Made by a program: the position numbers and the translations under genes. A DNA stretch of 64,000 bases, from the NCBI GenBank assembly GCA_025055975.1, contig JANWWM010000028.1, forward strand, positions 36,219 to 100,218. Reading direction: 5' to 3'. Shown one piece after another: positions 17,042-27,526 of the stretch; position 1 is the first letter of the stretch; each line of letters opens with the position of its first letter. The notes beneath the pieces were generated by a model. It worked only from the letters and a program-made list of their open reading frames with translations. It was not told the origin of the DNA and ran no database searches. Source of the DNA: Chloroherpetonaceae bacterium. Its GTDB lineage: Bacteria > Bacteroidota > Chlorobiia > Chlorobiales > Thermochlorobacteraceae.

Positions 17042-19846
17042 CTAATGCGCCATAAGCCAGTTCTCGCCAACGCCAATCTCGACGACGATGGGAACGCGGG
17101 TTATGCCCACCTTGCGCGCGCCCGCGAGCATCGCGGATTTGACGAGGTCGGAAAGTTCCTCTTGCTCGCTTGGAACGATGTCGAAGAGAAGCTCGTCGTG
17201 CACTTGCAGAATCATTCGGGAGCGAAAGCCGCGTTGGAGAATGTCGCGATCGATTTGAATCATCGCCAGTTTGATCATATCCGCCGCCGTGCCTTGAATG
17301 GGAGCGTTGATGGCGGCGCGCTCGGCGGCGTTGCGAATCGAGAAGTTCTTGCTGTGAATGTTGGGAAAGTAGCGTCGCCGTCCCGTCATCGTTTCCACGT
17401 AGCCGAGCGTTTTCGCCGATCGCAAGACGCGCTCCATATACTCAAAAATTTTCGGATACTTTTGCTTGTAGTTCTCGATGAGCGATTTGGCTTCGCTTTG
17501 CGGAATGTCCAAGCGTTGCGCCAGTCCGAAGGGCTGAATGCCGTAGAGCACGCCGAAATTGACTTCTTTGGCTTTGCGACGCTGTTCTTTCGAGACGTCT
17601 TGAACGCCGAAGATGACGCGCGCCGTCGCCGCGTGAATGTCCTCGCCGTTCTTGAACGCTTCAAGCATCGTTTCGTCGCCCGAAAGTTCGGCGGCGATGC
17701 GAAGCTCGATTTGCGAGTAGTCGGCGGAAAGCAATTTTCGTCCTTTCTCGCTCGGTATGAAGGCTTTGCGAATTTGCCTGCCGACTTCGGTTCGAATCGG
17801 AATGTTTTGCAAGTTCGGGTTCGATGACGAAAGCCTGCCCGTCGCCGCGATGGTCTGATTGAACGACGTGTGCGCTCGCTTCGTCTTTGGGTTCAGCATC
17901 GCGGGAAGCGCGTCGACGTAGGTGGACTTGAGTTTTTGCAGACTGCGATACTCCAAGATTTTGGACGCGATGGGAAATTCCTCCGCGAGTTCTTCCAAGA
18001 CGCGCGCGTCGGTCGAAACGCCCGTCTTCGTGCGCTTCTTGACGGGCAAGCCCATTTTCTCGAACAAAATTTCGGCGAGCTGTTTGGTGGAATCGATGTT
18101 GAACGTCGCGCCCGCTTCTTGATAGACGCTCTGCGAGACGGCGGCGATTTCGGTTTCGAGCGCGGCGGAAATGTCGGAGAGAATCGAGGTATCGATCGCC
18201 ACGCCCTCCCACTCCATTCGCGCCAAAACGGGCAAGAGCGGCATCTCGATTTCCTCGAAGACCTTTTGAAGCGCGGGCGATTCGGCAAGCTTTTCCGCGA
18301 GGCGATGTTTGGCTTGAAGCGTTACGTCCGCGTCTTGACACGCATAGCGAGCGAGCTTGTCGGGCGGCACGTCTTTGATGGAGACTTGATTTTTCCCCGC
18401 GCCGACGAGTTCGTCGAACTCAATCAAGCGATAATTGAACAGCCGCATGGCGATGTCGGAGAGATTGTGCGAATCGTCGGGATTGAGCACGTAGCTGGCG
18501 AGCATCGCATCGAAGGAAATTGGCGACGTTTCAATGCCATAACGCTTCAAGACGAGGTAGTCGTATTTGGCGTTCTGAGCGATTTTTTTCTGCGCGGGAT
18601 TTTCAAGGATTGGTTTCAAAGCGGAAAGCGCGCGTTCAAGCGGAAGCTCGTCGCCAAGGCAGCGCACGCAAAAGGCTTGATGCGGACGAATGGCGAAAGA
18701 GACGCAAACGAGTTCCGCGTTGAGCGCGTCGAGGCTCGTGGTTTCGGTATCGAAGGCGAATTCTTCGGCGCGTTTCAAGTCGGCAAGGAGCGATTCGAAG
18801 GCTTCGGGCGTGGCGATGAAATGGTATTCGCCGAGCGAATGCGGATAAACGAGAGAGACGTCCTCGCCTACGTTCGCGCCGAAGTTGAACGAGGTTTCGT
18901 CGTCTTCGTCGCTCGATTCGCTCGCAAGGGCGGCGCGTTCCGCTTTGAGTTTGGAGAGAAATTGTTTCATCTCCAATTCCTCCAAAATCGGCGCGAGCGT
19001 TGCGACGTTGGGCGGCTTGACGCGAAGCTCGGAGAGCGGAATCTCGACGGGCGCGTCGGTTTTGATGGTAACGAGAAACTTGGCGATTTTGACGTCCTCT
19101 TTCGCGTCCAGCAGGTTTTGCTTCATCTTGTATTTCGTGATGCGGCTGATGTTTTGGTAGAGGTTCTCGACGGTGCCGTATTCGTTGATGAGGTTCGCCG
19201 CCGTTTTGGGTCCAACGCCCGCCACGCCCGGAATGTTGTCGGAACTGTCGCCCATCAGCGCGAGCATATCGACGAACCGTTCGGGATAAACGCCGTAACG
19301 CTCGCGCACTTGCTCGCGATCGTAGAGCTCGAACTTGTCGTCGTCTTTGGAAGGTTTGAGAATTTTGATGTTGCCATCGACGAGTTGCGAAAAGTCCTTG
19401 TCGGGCGTGATGATGTAGACGTCGCATTCTTGCGCGTATCGCTTGGCGAGCGTGCCGATGATGTCGTCGGCTTCGTAGCCCGGAAGTTTGATGAGCGTAA
19501 CGCCGTAGCCTTCAATGAGTTTGTAGATGAGATCGAGTTGTTGGATTAAGTCTTCGGGCGGTTCGGGGCGATTGGCTTTGTAGAGCACGTAAGCGTCGTG
19601 CCGAAACGTTTTCTCTTTGGCGTCGGTGGCGACGGCGAGGTAGTCGGGTTTGTATTGCTCGATGATGCTATGCAACGTTTTGATGAAGCCATAAATCGCC
19701 CCCGTCGGAACGCCCGCTTTTGAGGCGAGTTTCTGCGGCAGGAAAGCGTAGTAGGCGCGGTAGATGAGCGCCATCGCGTCGAGCAGAAACAGCGTTGGTC
19801 TCTGGGTTTTGTCGTTTGTCGTTGGCATCGTTGGTTGGATTGACAA
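17042..19846 (-). CDS. polA: DNA polymerase I
   Basis: 934 aa. 5'-nuclease domain (LFLLDAMALIYRAYYAF, GVAGVGPKTA), a 3'-5' exonuclease region, and polymerase motifs DYSQIELRIAA, RRKAKEVNFGVLYG, QVHDELLF. Confidence 0.97.
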   Translation of the reverse strand: MSIQPTMPTTNDKTQRPTLFLLDAMALIYRAYYAFLPQKLASKAGVPTGAIYGFIKTLHSIIEQYKPDYLAVATDAKEKTFRHDAYVLYKANRPEPPEDLIQQLDLIYKLIEGYGVTLIKLPGYEADDIIGTLAKRYAQECDVYIITPDKDFSQLVDGNIKILKPSKDDDKFELYDREQVRERYGVYPERFVDMLALMGDSSDNIPGVAGVGPKTAANLINEYGTVENLYQNISRITKYKMKQNLLDAKEDVKIAKFLVTIKTDAPVEIPLSELRVKPPNVATLAPILEELEMKQFLSKLKAERAALASESSDEDDETSFNFGANVGEDVSLVYPHSLGEYHFIATPEAFESLLADLKRAEEFAFDTETTSLDALNAELVCVSFAIRPHQAFCVRCLGDELPLERALSALKPILENPAQKKIAQNAKYDYLVLKRYGIETSPISFDAMLASYVLNPDDSHNLSDIAMRLFNYRLIEFDELVGAGKNQVSIKDVPPDKLARYACQDADVTLQAKHRLAEKLAESPALQKVFEEIEMPLLPVLARMEWEGVAIDTSILSDISAALETEIAAVSQSVYQEAGATFNIDSTKQLAEILFEKMGLPVKKRTKTGVSTDARVLEELAEEFPIASKILEYRSLQKLKSTYVDALPAMLNPKTKRAHTSFNQTIAATGRLSSSNPNLQNIPIRTEVGRQIRKAFIPSEKGRKLLSADYSQIELRIAAELSGDETMLEAFKNGEDIHAATARVIFGVQDVSKEQRRKAKEVNFGVLYGIQPFGLAQRLDIPQSEAKSLIENYKQKYPKIFEYMERVLRSAKTLGYVETMTGRRRYFPNIHSKNFSIRNAAERAAINAPIQGTAADMIKLAMIQIDRDILQRGFRSRMILQVHDELLFDIVPSEQEELSDLVKSAMLAGARKVGITRVPIVVEIGVGENWLMAH

Positions 19847-19973
19847 CTGGAGTTCGCGTCAGGTTGTTCGAAGGCGCTTCGCGGAGACAATCGCCAACGC
19901 GACTCAAAATCGTTGGCTCGGAAAATAAACATTCGTAGATTCTCCGCAACTTTGTCAACGATAACGACCTTCA

Positions 19974-21473
19974 ATGCTTCAGCCCGTCGAAGCGGCATCG
20001 ACCGCGCCGCAAACCCGAACTTTCAAACGCGAACTCGGCTTGCTTTCCTCGACGATGATCGTCATCGGTTCGATGATTGGGTCGGGGATTTTCATCGTGA
20101 GCGCCGACATTGCGCGAACCGTCGGCTCGCCAGGGGCGCTCCTAATGGTTTGGCTCGTTACGGGCGCGATGACGCTCATCGCCGCGCTCTCCTACGGCGA
20201 ACTTGCCGCAATGATGCCCGAAGCGGGCGGTCAATACGTGTATCTGCGCGAAGCCTACAATCCGCTCGTCGCGTTTCTTTACGGCTGGACGCTGTTCTTG
20301 GTGATTCAGACGGGCACGATTGCCGCCGTCGCCGTCGCCTTCGCCAAATTCGCGGGCGCGTTCATTCCCGCATTGAGCGAAAAACGCGCGCTCTTTGAGG
20401 TTGGACGATTCAAGGTCTCGGCGGCGCAAATTTTGGCGATCGCGTCGATCGTCTTTCTCACGGCGATCAATTTGCGCGGCGTGAAAGAAGGCAAAATCAT
20501 TCAAGACGTGTTCACGATTTCGAAAATCGCCGCGCTCTTTGGGCTTATCGCGTTGGGATTGTTCGTTGGCGCAAACGAGACCGCGCTCAACGCCAATTTT
20601 GGCGAGGCTTTTTGGCAAAGCGCTTGGACGAAGGTCGCCGACGGAAAAATCGTCTCGATCGAGCCGCTTTCGGGGCTTGGCTTGCTTGCGGCGATGGGCG
20701 TGGCGATGGTGGGGTCGCTATTTTCGTCGGACGCTTGGAACAACGTCACGTTCGCGGCGGGCGAGGTCGTCAATCCCAAGCGCAACGTGCCGCTTTCGCT
20801 CGCGCTGGGGACGGGCGCGGTTACGCTGATTTACCTTTTGGCGAACGTGGCGTATTTGGTCGTTCTGCCGCTTCGCGGCTTGCCCGATGGCGCGGACGCT
20901 CTCACGCGCGGAATCCAATTCGCCGAACTCGATCGCGTGGGCACGGCGGCGATGAGCGTCGTCTTGGGCGAGGCGGCGTTCTACGCGATGGCGGCGCTGA
21001 TTATGATTTCCACCTTCGGTTGCAACAACGGCTTGATTCTGTCGGGCGCGAGAGCCTACTACGCGATGAGCCTCGATGGACTCTTCTTCAAAAAGGCGGG
21101 CGAACTGAACGAAAACGGCGTGCCCGCTTTCGCGCTCATCATTCAAGGCGTTTGGGCGAGCCTGCTGTGCTTGTCGGGGTCTTACGGCGACTTGCTCGAC
21201 TATGTCGTCTTCGCCGTTCTGCTGTTCTACGTGCTCACGATCGCGGGGGTTTTCGTTTTGCGTCGTTCCAAGCCCGACGCGCCGCGTCCCTACAAGGCGA
21301 TTGGCTACCCCGTTCTGCCGATTCTCTACGTGGTTTTGGCTCTTGCCATCTGCGTCGATTTGCTCGTCTTCAAGCCGAACTACACCTATCCGGGCTTGCT
21401 TATCGCGCTGATGGGCGCGCCCGTTTATTTTCTGTGGAAGCGAAAGTCGAAGCGCGAGGACGGACGCGGTTGA
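19974..21473 (+). CDS. APC-superfamily amino acid permease
   Basis: 499 aa with about 12 TM helices. N-terminal signature LGLLSSTMIVIGSMIGSGIF. Confidence 0.9.
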   Translation: MLQPVEAASTAPQTRTFKRELGLLSSTMIVIGSMIGSGIFIVSADIARTVGSPGALLMVWLVTGAMTLIAALSYGELAAMMPEAGGQYVYLREAYNPLVAFLYGWTLFLVIQTGTIAAVAVAFAKFAGAFIPALSEKRALFEVGRFKVSAAQILAIASIVFLTAINLRGVKEGKIIQDVFTISKIAALFGLIALGLFVGANETALNANFGEAFWQSAWTKVADGKIVSIEPLSGLGLLAAMGVAMVGSLFSSDAWNNVTFAAGEVVNPKRNVPLSLALGTGAVTLIYLLANVAYLVVLPLRGLPDGADALTRGIQFAELDRVGTAAMSVVLGEAAFYAMAALIMISTFGCNNGLILSGARAYYAMSLDGLFFKKAGELNENGVPAFALIIQGVWASLLCLSGSYGDLLDYVVFAVLLFYVLTIAGVFVLRRSKPDAPRPYKAIGYPVLPILYVVLALAICVDLLVFKPNYTYPGLLIALMGAPVYFLWKRKSKREDGRG

Positions 21474-21474
21474 T

Positions 21475-23892
21475 TCAATCGGCGACGACGAATCGAACCG
21501 CCGAACTTTTGCGCTCGCCCGCGAGGGCTTCAAGCTCGAACGTTCCCGCTCGCAATTGCCACGCGAATTTCTCTCTTGGCGCGCTTTCGCCGATGATTTC
21601 GCCGTTGAGTTTCCACTGAATTTTCTCGATGCCCGCCGGCGCGCTCGCCGAAAACAAGATCCGCTGAAATTCGGGCTTCAAGACGCCATCGAGCGCGAAA
21701 ATCATTCCTGATTTCGGAAACAAAATTTCGAGCGAATCGATCGCGCGCGAGGCAAGGTCGACGCGAAGCGAATCGGCATCGAGCGGCGAAAAAAGGCGCG
21801 GCGGCAATGGCTTGCGTTGCGAACTCGCCCATTCCCAATACATCGGCGGATAGTCGACAAAGATTTTTTCGAGCGCGAATCGTGGCGGCGTGGCGGCGGT
21901 CGCCAAAAGCCCGTTGCGCGCGTCGATGCGAAACCGCTTGTGAAACGAGCAACGTCGCTTCGGCTCTTTGCCCGCGATGAATTTTTCCTCGATGGTCGCT
22001 TCGCAACAATCGCCCGCCAGTTCGCCCGAAATCGGACAGACGCGAAGAACGCGAATGCCGCGAGGCATATCGAAGCTCGCCTTGCGAAAGCCCGCGCGGT
22101 CGGGATAGCGTTTGGAAAGAAGCAACATCACGTCGCGCATCAACGCGCCCGCGCCGTCAACGCCCGATATGTTGCGCATCGGCTCGTTGTCGGAATTGCC
22201 CGACCAAACGCCGACGGTGAAATCTTCCGAGACGGCAAACGTCCAATTGTCGCGGTAGTCTTTCGTCGTGCCCGTTTTGCATGCGACGGCGAAGGGGAAT
22301 CGCAAAACGGAATTCGGTCCGAAACTGGCGCGCCGAGCGGCGTTGTCGCTCAAAATGTCGGCGATGAGATAGGCGACTTGCGGCGAGAAAATTTCCTTTG
22401 CGGGCTTTGGATCCGTCCAAACCGTGTCGCCCACACGTTTCACGACGGCTTTGATGGCGACTTCGGGAATCAATTTGCCCTGACGCGCGAAAACGCCGTA
22501 AGCGCGAACCATCTCTATCAATCGCGCGTCGCTATTGCCAAGCGTGAGACCCAATCCGTAATGCGTCGGCTCTTTGTCAAGCGTCGTGAAGCCAAGGCGT
22601 TTGAGAAGTTGGTAGAGCGACTCCACGCCAACGCATTGCAAGGCTCTAACGGCGGTGATGTTGTAAGAGCAGGCGAGCGCTTCGCGCAAGCGCACCGCGC
22701 CGTGAAATTTCTTGTCGAAGTTTTGCGGAAAGAACATCTCAACGCCCGTCGGGCTGGATTCGTCGTAGCGTCCCTCGATCTGAAAGGGCAAGGGCAAGTC
22801 GGGCAAAATCGTCGACGGCGTTAAGCCCTTTTCGAGCGCGAGCGCGTAGGTGAACGGTTTGAGCGCAGAGCCGGGCTGACGCGAGCCTGTGGCGACGTTG
22901 TATTGCCCGTCGATGTCGGCGTTGAAGTAATCCGCCGAGCCGACCATCGCCAAGATGTCGCCCGTTTGATTTTCCATCACGACGAGCGCGGCGTTGGCGA
23001 CGCGATGCGGTTTGAGCCGTCGCAGGTGAAGGCGCGTCAAACGCTCGCATTCTTCTTGCAGTTCGAGGTCGAGCGTCGTGATGAGGGTCTGCGCGTCTTG
23101 CGGAAGCGGTTGCTTCAAGACGTAATCGACGAAGTGCGGCGCGTGAAAGGCGCGCTTGATGTCGGCGAAGTCCAACGGTTGCGCGAGCGCGTCGCGCAAT
23201 TCGGCTTCGGAAATGAAGTCGTTGGCGCGCATTCGACGCAAGACTTCTTCTTGGCGTTTGCGAGCGCGCTCGAAGCGACGCAGGGGGTCGTAGGTCGTGG
23301 GCGATTGCGGCAAGCCCGCCAAGAGAGCGCATTCGGCGAGCGTGAGCTGCGAGAGCGGTTTTCGAAAGTAAAATTCCGCCGCCGCAAGCGCGCCGTAGCG
23401 TTGATTGCCGTAAGGGGCGCGATTGAAATACTCCGTCAAAATTTCCTCTTTGCTCCAATGCGCTTCCAAACGGAGCGCGTAAAGCGTCACCCAGAGTTTT
23501 TGGAAAAAACCGCGTTCAACGCCGAGCATCAGGCGAGCGGTTTGTTGCGTGATCGTCGACGCGCCCGACGCGATTTTGAACGCTTTGAAGTTCTGCCAAA
23601 GCGCGCGCAAAACCGCGCCAAAGTCGATGCCGAAGTGCGAATAAAAATTCTTGTCCTCGATGGCGATGGTCGCGTCAATCAAATGTTTCGGCACGTCGCG
23701 CAGCGAGACGCAACGCGACGCGGCAGATTCCGAACTCAACGCCTCGCGGAGCAAACGCCCGTTTCTATCCAAAACTTGAATCGAGCGCGTCTTTTGGCGA
23801 TCAAGTTCCTCTTTCGGAATCGGAAGCGCGACGTAGCCGACGAGAACGCTCGCGCCGATTCCAAGCGACCAAAGCAAAATCTTGCGACGCAT
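21475..23892 (-). CDS. pbpC: penicillin-binding protein 1C type (bifunctional glycosyltransferase/transpeptidase)
   Basis: ORF 21475..23940. I prefer the start at MRRKILLWSLG (23892). GT51 motifs AIEDKNFYSHFGID and GASTITQQ; transpeptidase motifs SALKPF (SxxK) and KTGTT; extra C-terminal domain as in PBP1C. Confidence 0.85.
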   Translation of the reverse strand: MRRKILLWSLGIGASVLVGYVALPIPKEELDRQKTRSIQVLDRNGRLLREALSSESAASRCVSLRDVPKHLIDATIAIEDKNFYSHFGIDFGAVLRALWQNFKAFKIASGASTITQQTARLMLGVERGFFQKLWVTLYALRLEAHWSKEEILTEYFNRAPYGNQRYGALAAAEFYFRKPLSQLTLAECALLAGLPQSPTTYDPLRRFERARKRQEEVLRRMRANDFISEAELRDALAQPLDFADIKRAFHAPHFVDYVLKQPLPQDAQTLITTLDLELQEECERLTRLHLRRLKPHRVANAALVVMENQTGDILAMVGSADYFNADIDGQYNVATGSRQPGSALKPFTYALALEKGLTPSTILPDLPLPFQIEGRYDESSPTGVEMFFPQNFDKKFHGAVRLREALACSYNITAVRALQCVGVESLYQLLKRLGFTTLDKEPTHYGLGLTLGNSDARLIEMVRAYGVFARQGKLIPEVAIKAVVKRVGDTVWTDPKPAKEIFSPQVAYLIADILSDNAARRASFGPNSVLRFPFAVACKTGTTKDYRDNWTFAVSEDFTVGVWSGNSDNEPMRNISGVDGAGALMRDVMLLLSKRYPDRAGFRKASFDMPRGIRVLRVCPISGELAGDCCEATIEEKFIAGKEPKRRCSFHKRFRIDARNGLLATAATPPRFALEKIFVDYPPMYWEWASSQRKPLPPRLFSPLDADSLRVDLASRAIDSLEILFPKSGMIFALDGVLKPEFQRILFSASAPAGIEKIQWKLNGEIIGESAPREKFAWQLRAGTFELEALAGERKSSAVRFVVAD

Positions 23893-23940
23893 TGACGTTG
23901 AGTTTTTATTTTCTCGCCGCAATTCTAACAAACGTTTCAA

Positions 23941-25779
23941 ATGAAATCGCTTTCGTTAATCCTTTCGCTTCTCTTCGTTATGCCAACCGCCTTAAAAGCC
24001 GTCTCCAAGAAAAAACCTTCCAAAGCGTTCGCCTCCGACAAGTTCGCCGCCGAGTATCGCATCGAATCGCTCGAACCGAACTTGCACATGTTTCTCGTAA
24101 CCGTCACGGTTCAAAATCCCGACGCGAAACCGACGATTGATTTCATCTTGCCCGCATGGCGACCGGGTCGTTACCAGATTCAAAACTACGCCGCCAACGT
24201 GCAAGAATTTTCGGCAAGGTCGGGCAACGAAGCGTTAGCCTTCGAGAAAATCGACAAGCAAACTTGGCGCGTCTACGCGCAAGGCAAACCCGAAGTAACC
24301 GCGCAATACAAATACTTCGCGGGCGGACAAATCGACGCGGGCAATTGCTACGTGGGCAGAGACGAAATGTACTTCAACGGCTCAAACTTGTTCGTCTACA
24401 CCGACGAGACGCGCTTCAAACCCGTCCGTCTCCGCATCGACTACCCAACGGGCTGGAAAGTGGCGACGCAATTGGAGCGAACCGACGACCCGCGAGTTTT
24501 CATCGCGGAAACTTACGACGACCTCATCGACGCGCCAACGCTCGTCAGCCCAACCTTGATTCAATTTCAGTTCAAAGTCAAGAGCGCGACGATTCGCGCC
24601 TGCTTCAAAGACGGCGCGGGGCTTGGCGGATACAAATTCAACGAAGAAAACATCAAGCGCGATCTTGCCGCCATCGTCGAGGCGCAATTCGACTTGATGC
24701 GCGACGTGCCGTTCAAAGAGTATTTCTTCATCTACCACATCTTGCCGATTTCGTTTGCGCACGGCGTTGAGCACAAAAACTCGACCTCGATCGTTCTTGG
24801 ACCCGCCGACAAAATGAACGAAAATTACTCGCGCTTTCTTTCCATCTCGTCGCACGAGTTCTTTCACGTGTGGAACATTAAGCGCATCAAGCCCAAGGAG
24901 TTCATTCCCTACGATTACACGAAGGAAGTCTACACGCCGATGCTCTACGTCTCCGAAGGTTTTACGAGTTACTACGGCGACCTGACGCTCGTGAGAGGGA
25001 AAGTTTGGTCTCCGAGAACTTACCTCAATGACGTCGCCGACGGCATTGCGAATCTGCAAAGCACGTTTGGCAGAAAGGTGCAATCGCTGGCGCTGTCGTC
25101 GTTTGACGCTTGGCTTTCGGGCTACGGCGCGGGCAGAGCCAACAGCACGGTTTCCTTTTACGGCAAAGGCGAACTCGTGGGATTGATTTTAGACCTCGAA
25201 CTGCGTCAACGCTCGCGCAACAAACATTCGCTCGACGACGTGATGCGCCATTTGAACGAGGAATTCGCCAAGAAAAATCGCGGCTTTTCGGCGAGCGATT
25301 TTCAAGGCGTCGTCGAAAAATTCGCGGGCGGCTCGATGCGAGAGTTTTTTGACAAGTATGTCTATGGCACGGAAGAACTGCCATTTGAGACCGCGCTCTC
25401 CTACGCGGGTTTGGAACTGCGAAAGACGCTCGCGCCGCAACCCTATTCGGGCATCGCGTCGGGAACGGAGAACGATTTTCCCGTCGTCAAGAGCGTCGTG
25501 CCCGAATCGCCCGCGGCGAAAATCGGACTCGACAACGGCGATATGCTCATCGCGCTCAATGGCGACTTCCTAATGAAGCAATCGCTCTCGTCGGCGTTCT
25601 CGCGCTTCAAGGCGGGCGACAGCGTGAAGGTAACCTTTCAACGCGACGGCAAACTTCACGAGAAAACGATGCGTCTCGAAGGCAGTTACGATTACTCCAT
25701 CGTCAAGAAGAAAAATCCGACGCGATTGGAACGCGACATTTTGGAATCGTGGCTCGCTTGCCTCTGGGACGAAATTTGA
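23941..25779 (+). CDS. M61-family (glycyl aminopeptidase-like) metallopeptidase with C-terminal PDZ domain
   Basis: 612 aa. Signal peptide present. HEFFHVWNIKRIKPKEF zinc motif. PDZ-like segment PAAKIGLDNGDMLIALNG. Confidence 0.85.
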   Translation: MKSLSLILSLLFVMPTALKAVSKKKPSKAFASDKFAAEYRIESLEPNLHMFLVTVTVQNPDAKPTIDFILPAWRPGRYQIQNYAANVQEFSARSGNEALAFEKIDKQTWRVYAQGKPEVTAQYKYFAGGQIDAGNCYVGRDEMYFNGSNLFVYTDETRFKPVRLRIDYPTGWKVATQLERTDDPRVFIAETYDDLIDAPTLVSPTLIQFQFKVKSATIRACFKDGAGLGGYKFNEENIKRDLAAIVEAQFDLMRDVPFKEYFFIYHILPISFAHGVEHKNSTSIVLGPADKMNENYSRFLSISSHEFFHVWNIKRIKPKEFIPYDYTKEVYTPMLYVSEGFTSYYGDLTLVRGKVWSPRTYLNDVADGIANLQSTFGRKVQSLALSSFDAWLSGYGAGRANSTVSFYGKGELVGLILDLELRQRSRNKHSLDDVMRHLNEEFAKKNRGFSASDFQGVVEKFAGGSMREFFDKYVYGTEELPFETALSYAGLELRKTLAPQPYSGIASGTENDFPVVKSVVPESPAAKIGLDNGDMLIALNGDFLMKQSLSSAFSRFKAGDSVKVTFQRDGKLHEKTMRLEGSYDYSIVKKKNPTRLERDILESWLACLWDEI

Positions 25780-25811
25780 GCAAACGCCGACATTGACGCT
25801 GAACGACCTCA

Positions 25812-26807
25812 ATGCCCGTTCTTGAACGCTCGACGTATCAGCCGCCGTCGTGGTGGATTTCGGGCGGACACATGCAGACCGTCGTCGCCACGCTGTTTCG
25901 CCGTGTCGTCGCGCCCGCCTATCGACGCGAGCGCATCGATACGCCCGACGGCGATTTTCTCGATTGCGATTGGCTATTCGCCGCGTCGTCGTCGCCGTCT
26001 CGGAAGTTGGCGATCATTTCGCACGGGTTGGAGAGCGATTCGCGTCGGGCGAACGTGGTCGGAATGGCGCGCGCCTTTTCGCTTTGCGGCTACGACGCGC
26101 TCGCATGGAACTTTCGCGGTTGTTCGGGCGAACCAAACCGAAAGCCTCGCGCCTACCACGGCGGCGCGACCGACGATTTGCGCGCCGTCATCGCCCATGC
26201 GCGTTCCAAGCGGCGATACGAAGAAATTTATCTCGTCGGGTTCAGCCTTGGAGGAAACTTGACGCTCAAATGCTTGGGCGAAGCGGGAGGAGCGTTGCCG
26301 CCTGAAATCAAAAAAGCCGTCGTCTTTTCCGCGCCGTGCGACCTGCGCGGCAGTTCGGAACGCCTTTCGCGCTTTGCCAATCGCCTCTACGAGCGCCGAT
26401 TTCTCAAATCGCTCAAAGCGAAAATCGAGCTCAAAGCCAAACTTTTTCCCGACGTCGTTTCGCTCGCGCCCTATCGGCAAGGGAAAATCAAAACCCTGCG
26501 CGACTTCGACGACGTTTACACCGCGCCCCTGCACGGCTTTGAAAACGCCGACGATTACTACGCCAAGTGCAGCGCCAAACGATTTCTCTCGCAGATTCGC
26601 ATTCCAACCTTGATCGTCAACGCTCAAAACGACGTGTTCCTCTCGCCCTCGTGCTATCCTTTCGACGAAGCCAAAGCCAGCGACTATGTCTTTCTCGAAA
26701 CGCCGCGTTCAGGCGGGCACTTGGGGTTCGTTACCGAAACGTTGCCGCACGGATTGTATTGGTCGGAAATGCGCGCCTTGGGGTTTATAGAGAGCGACGG
26801 GGATTAG
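25812..26807 (+). CDS. alpha/beta-fold hydrolase, YheT-like
   Basis: 331 aa. Nucleophile elbow GFSLGGN. N-terminal SGGHMQTV block is typical of the YheT/ABHD1-3 group. Confidence 0.85.
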   Translation: MPVLERSTYQPPSWWISGGHMQTVVATLFRRVVAPAYRRERIDTPDGDFLDCDWLFAASSSPSRKLAIISHGLESDSRRANVVGMARAFSLCGYDALAWNFRGCSGEPNRKPRAYHGGATDDLRAVIAHARSKRRYEEIYLVGFSLGGNLTLKCLGEAGGALPPEIKKAVVFSAPCDLRGSSERLSRFANRLYERRFLKSLKAKIELKAKLFPDVVSLAPYRQGKIKTLRDFDDVYTAPLHGFENADDYYAKCSAKRFLSQIRIPTLIVNAQNDVFLSPSCYPFDEAKASDYVFLETPRSGGHLGFVTETLPHGLYWSEMRALGFIESDGD

Positions 26808-26842
26808 ATGGCGTTGGCAAATCGCGCCGAATCATCTCGCAG

Positions 26843-26872
26843 GCGCGGAAATGACTTGTCATTCCGAGCGCG
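26843..26872. terminator. imperfect hairpin between convergent genes, built from an inverted pair of the dispersed repeat; possible bidirectional terminator
   Basis: gcgcggaaatgac-tt-gtcattccgagcg: arms pair with one bulge and one mismatch. It lies between the stops at 26807 (+) and 26927 (-). There is no strong T-tract. Confidence 0.4.
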
Positions 26873-26883
26873 GCGAGGAATCC
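26858..26883 (+). repeat. dispersed intergenic repeat
   Basis: gtcattccgagcgcggcgaggaatcc. Confidence 0.85.
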
Positions 26884-26926
26884 AAAAGAGCGCGCTTTTT
26901 GCTTCATTACGCGACCCAAAGTTATC

Positions 26927-27526
26927 CTATGCGCCGCTATGCAACGCGAATCCGACGGGTTGCGCGGCGATGATGTCGGCTTCGCATGTTAGCATCTCTT
27001 CCCAACGCGCTTCGACGTCGTCGACGCTTGCGGTCGTTTCGGCGAGTTTGAGAAAGGTTTTGTAGTGCCCCGCTTCCGACGCGAAAAGGCTTTCGTAAAG
27101 CCGCTTCAAATCGGGCTCCGTGGCGGTTTCGGCGAGGATCAAAAATCGCTCGCACGATCGCGCTTCAATCAAGGCGGAAACGAGCAAGCGATCCAAGACT
27201 TCCAAATTGCCTTTGCCTGCGCGGACGAGAGCGCGAAGGTCGCTCGCGTAGCGACACTTGTGCGCGCGCGACAACTTTCCGCCGCGCTCCGAGATCAACT
27301 TCGCTACGGCGAACAAATGCGCCGCTTCGTCTTTGGCGACGTTCGAGAGCGTCATCGCCCATTGCTCCGACGAGCGCGAATCGACCCAACGGTTCATCAA
27401 GTCGAGCGCGTTAGAGGCGGCTTTGCGCTCCAAGTAGGCGTGGTCGCAAAGAAGCGCGAGCGGATTTTCCAAAACGCGCTCCGCCCACGCTTTCGGCGTT
27501 TGCGTTTTCAGCGGAAGCGCGAGCAT
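26927..27526 (-). CDS. miaE: tRNA-(ms2io6A37)-hydroxylase
   Basis: 199 aa. Ferritin-like di-iron protein; LLCDHAYLERKAASNAL and SALIEARSCERF match the MiaE family as I remember it. Confidence 0.8.
   Translation of the reverse strand: MLALPLKTQTPKAWAERVLENPLALLCDHAYLERKAASNALDLMNRWVDSRSSEQWAMTLSNVAKDEAAHLFAVAKLISERGGKLSRAHKCRYASDLRALVRAGKGNLEVLDRLLVSALIEARSCERFLILAETATEPDLKRLYESLFASEAGHYKTFLKLAETTASVDDVEARWEEMLTCEADIIAAQPVGFALHSGA

Noticed and set aside
21473-21475. The convergent permease and pbpC genes end 1 nt apart, leaving no room for terminators.
   Set aside because: This is noted as compact-genome packing. Nothing in the sequence suggests a special mechanism.
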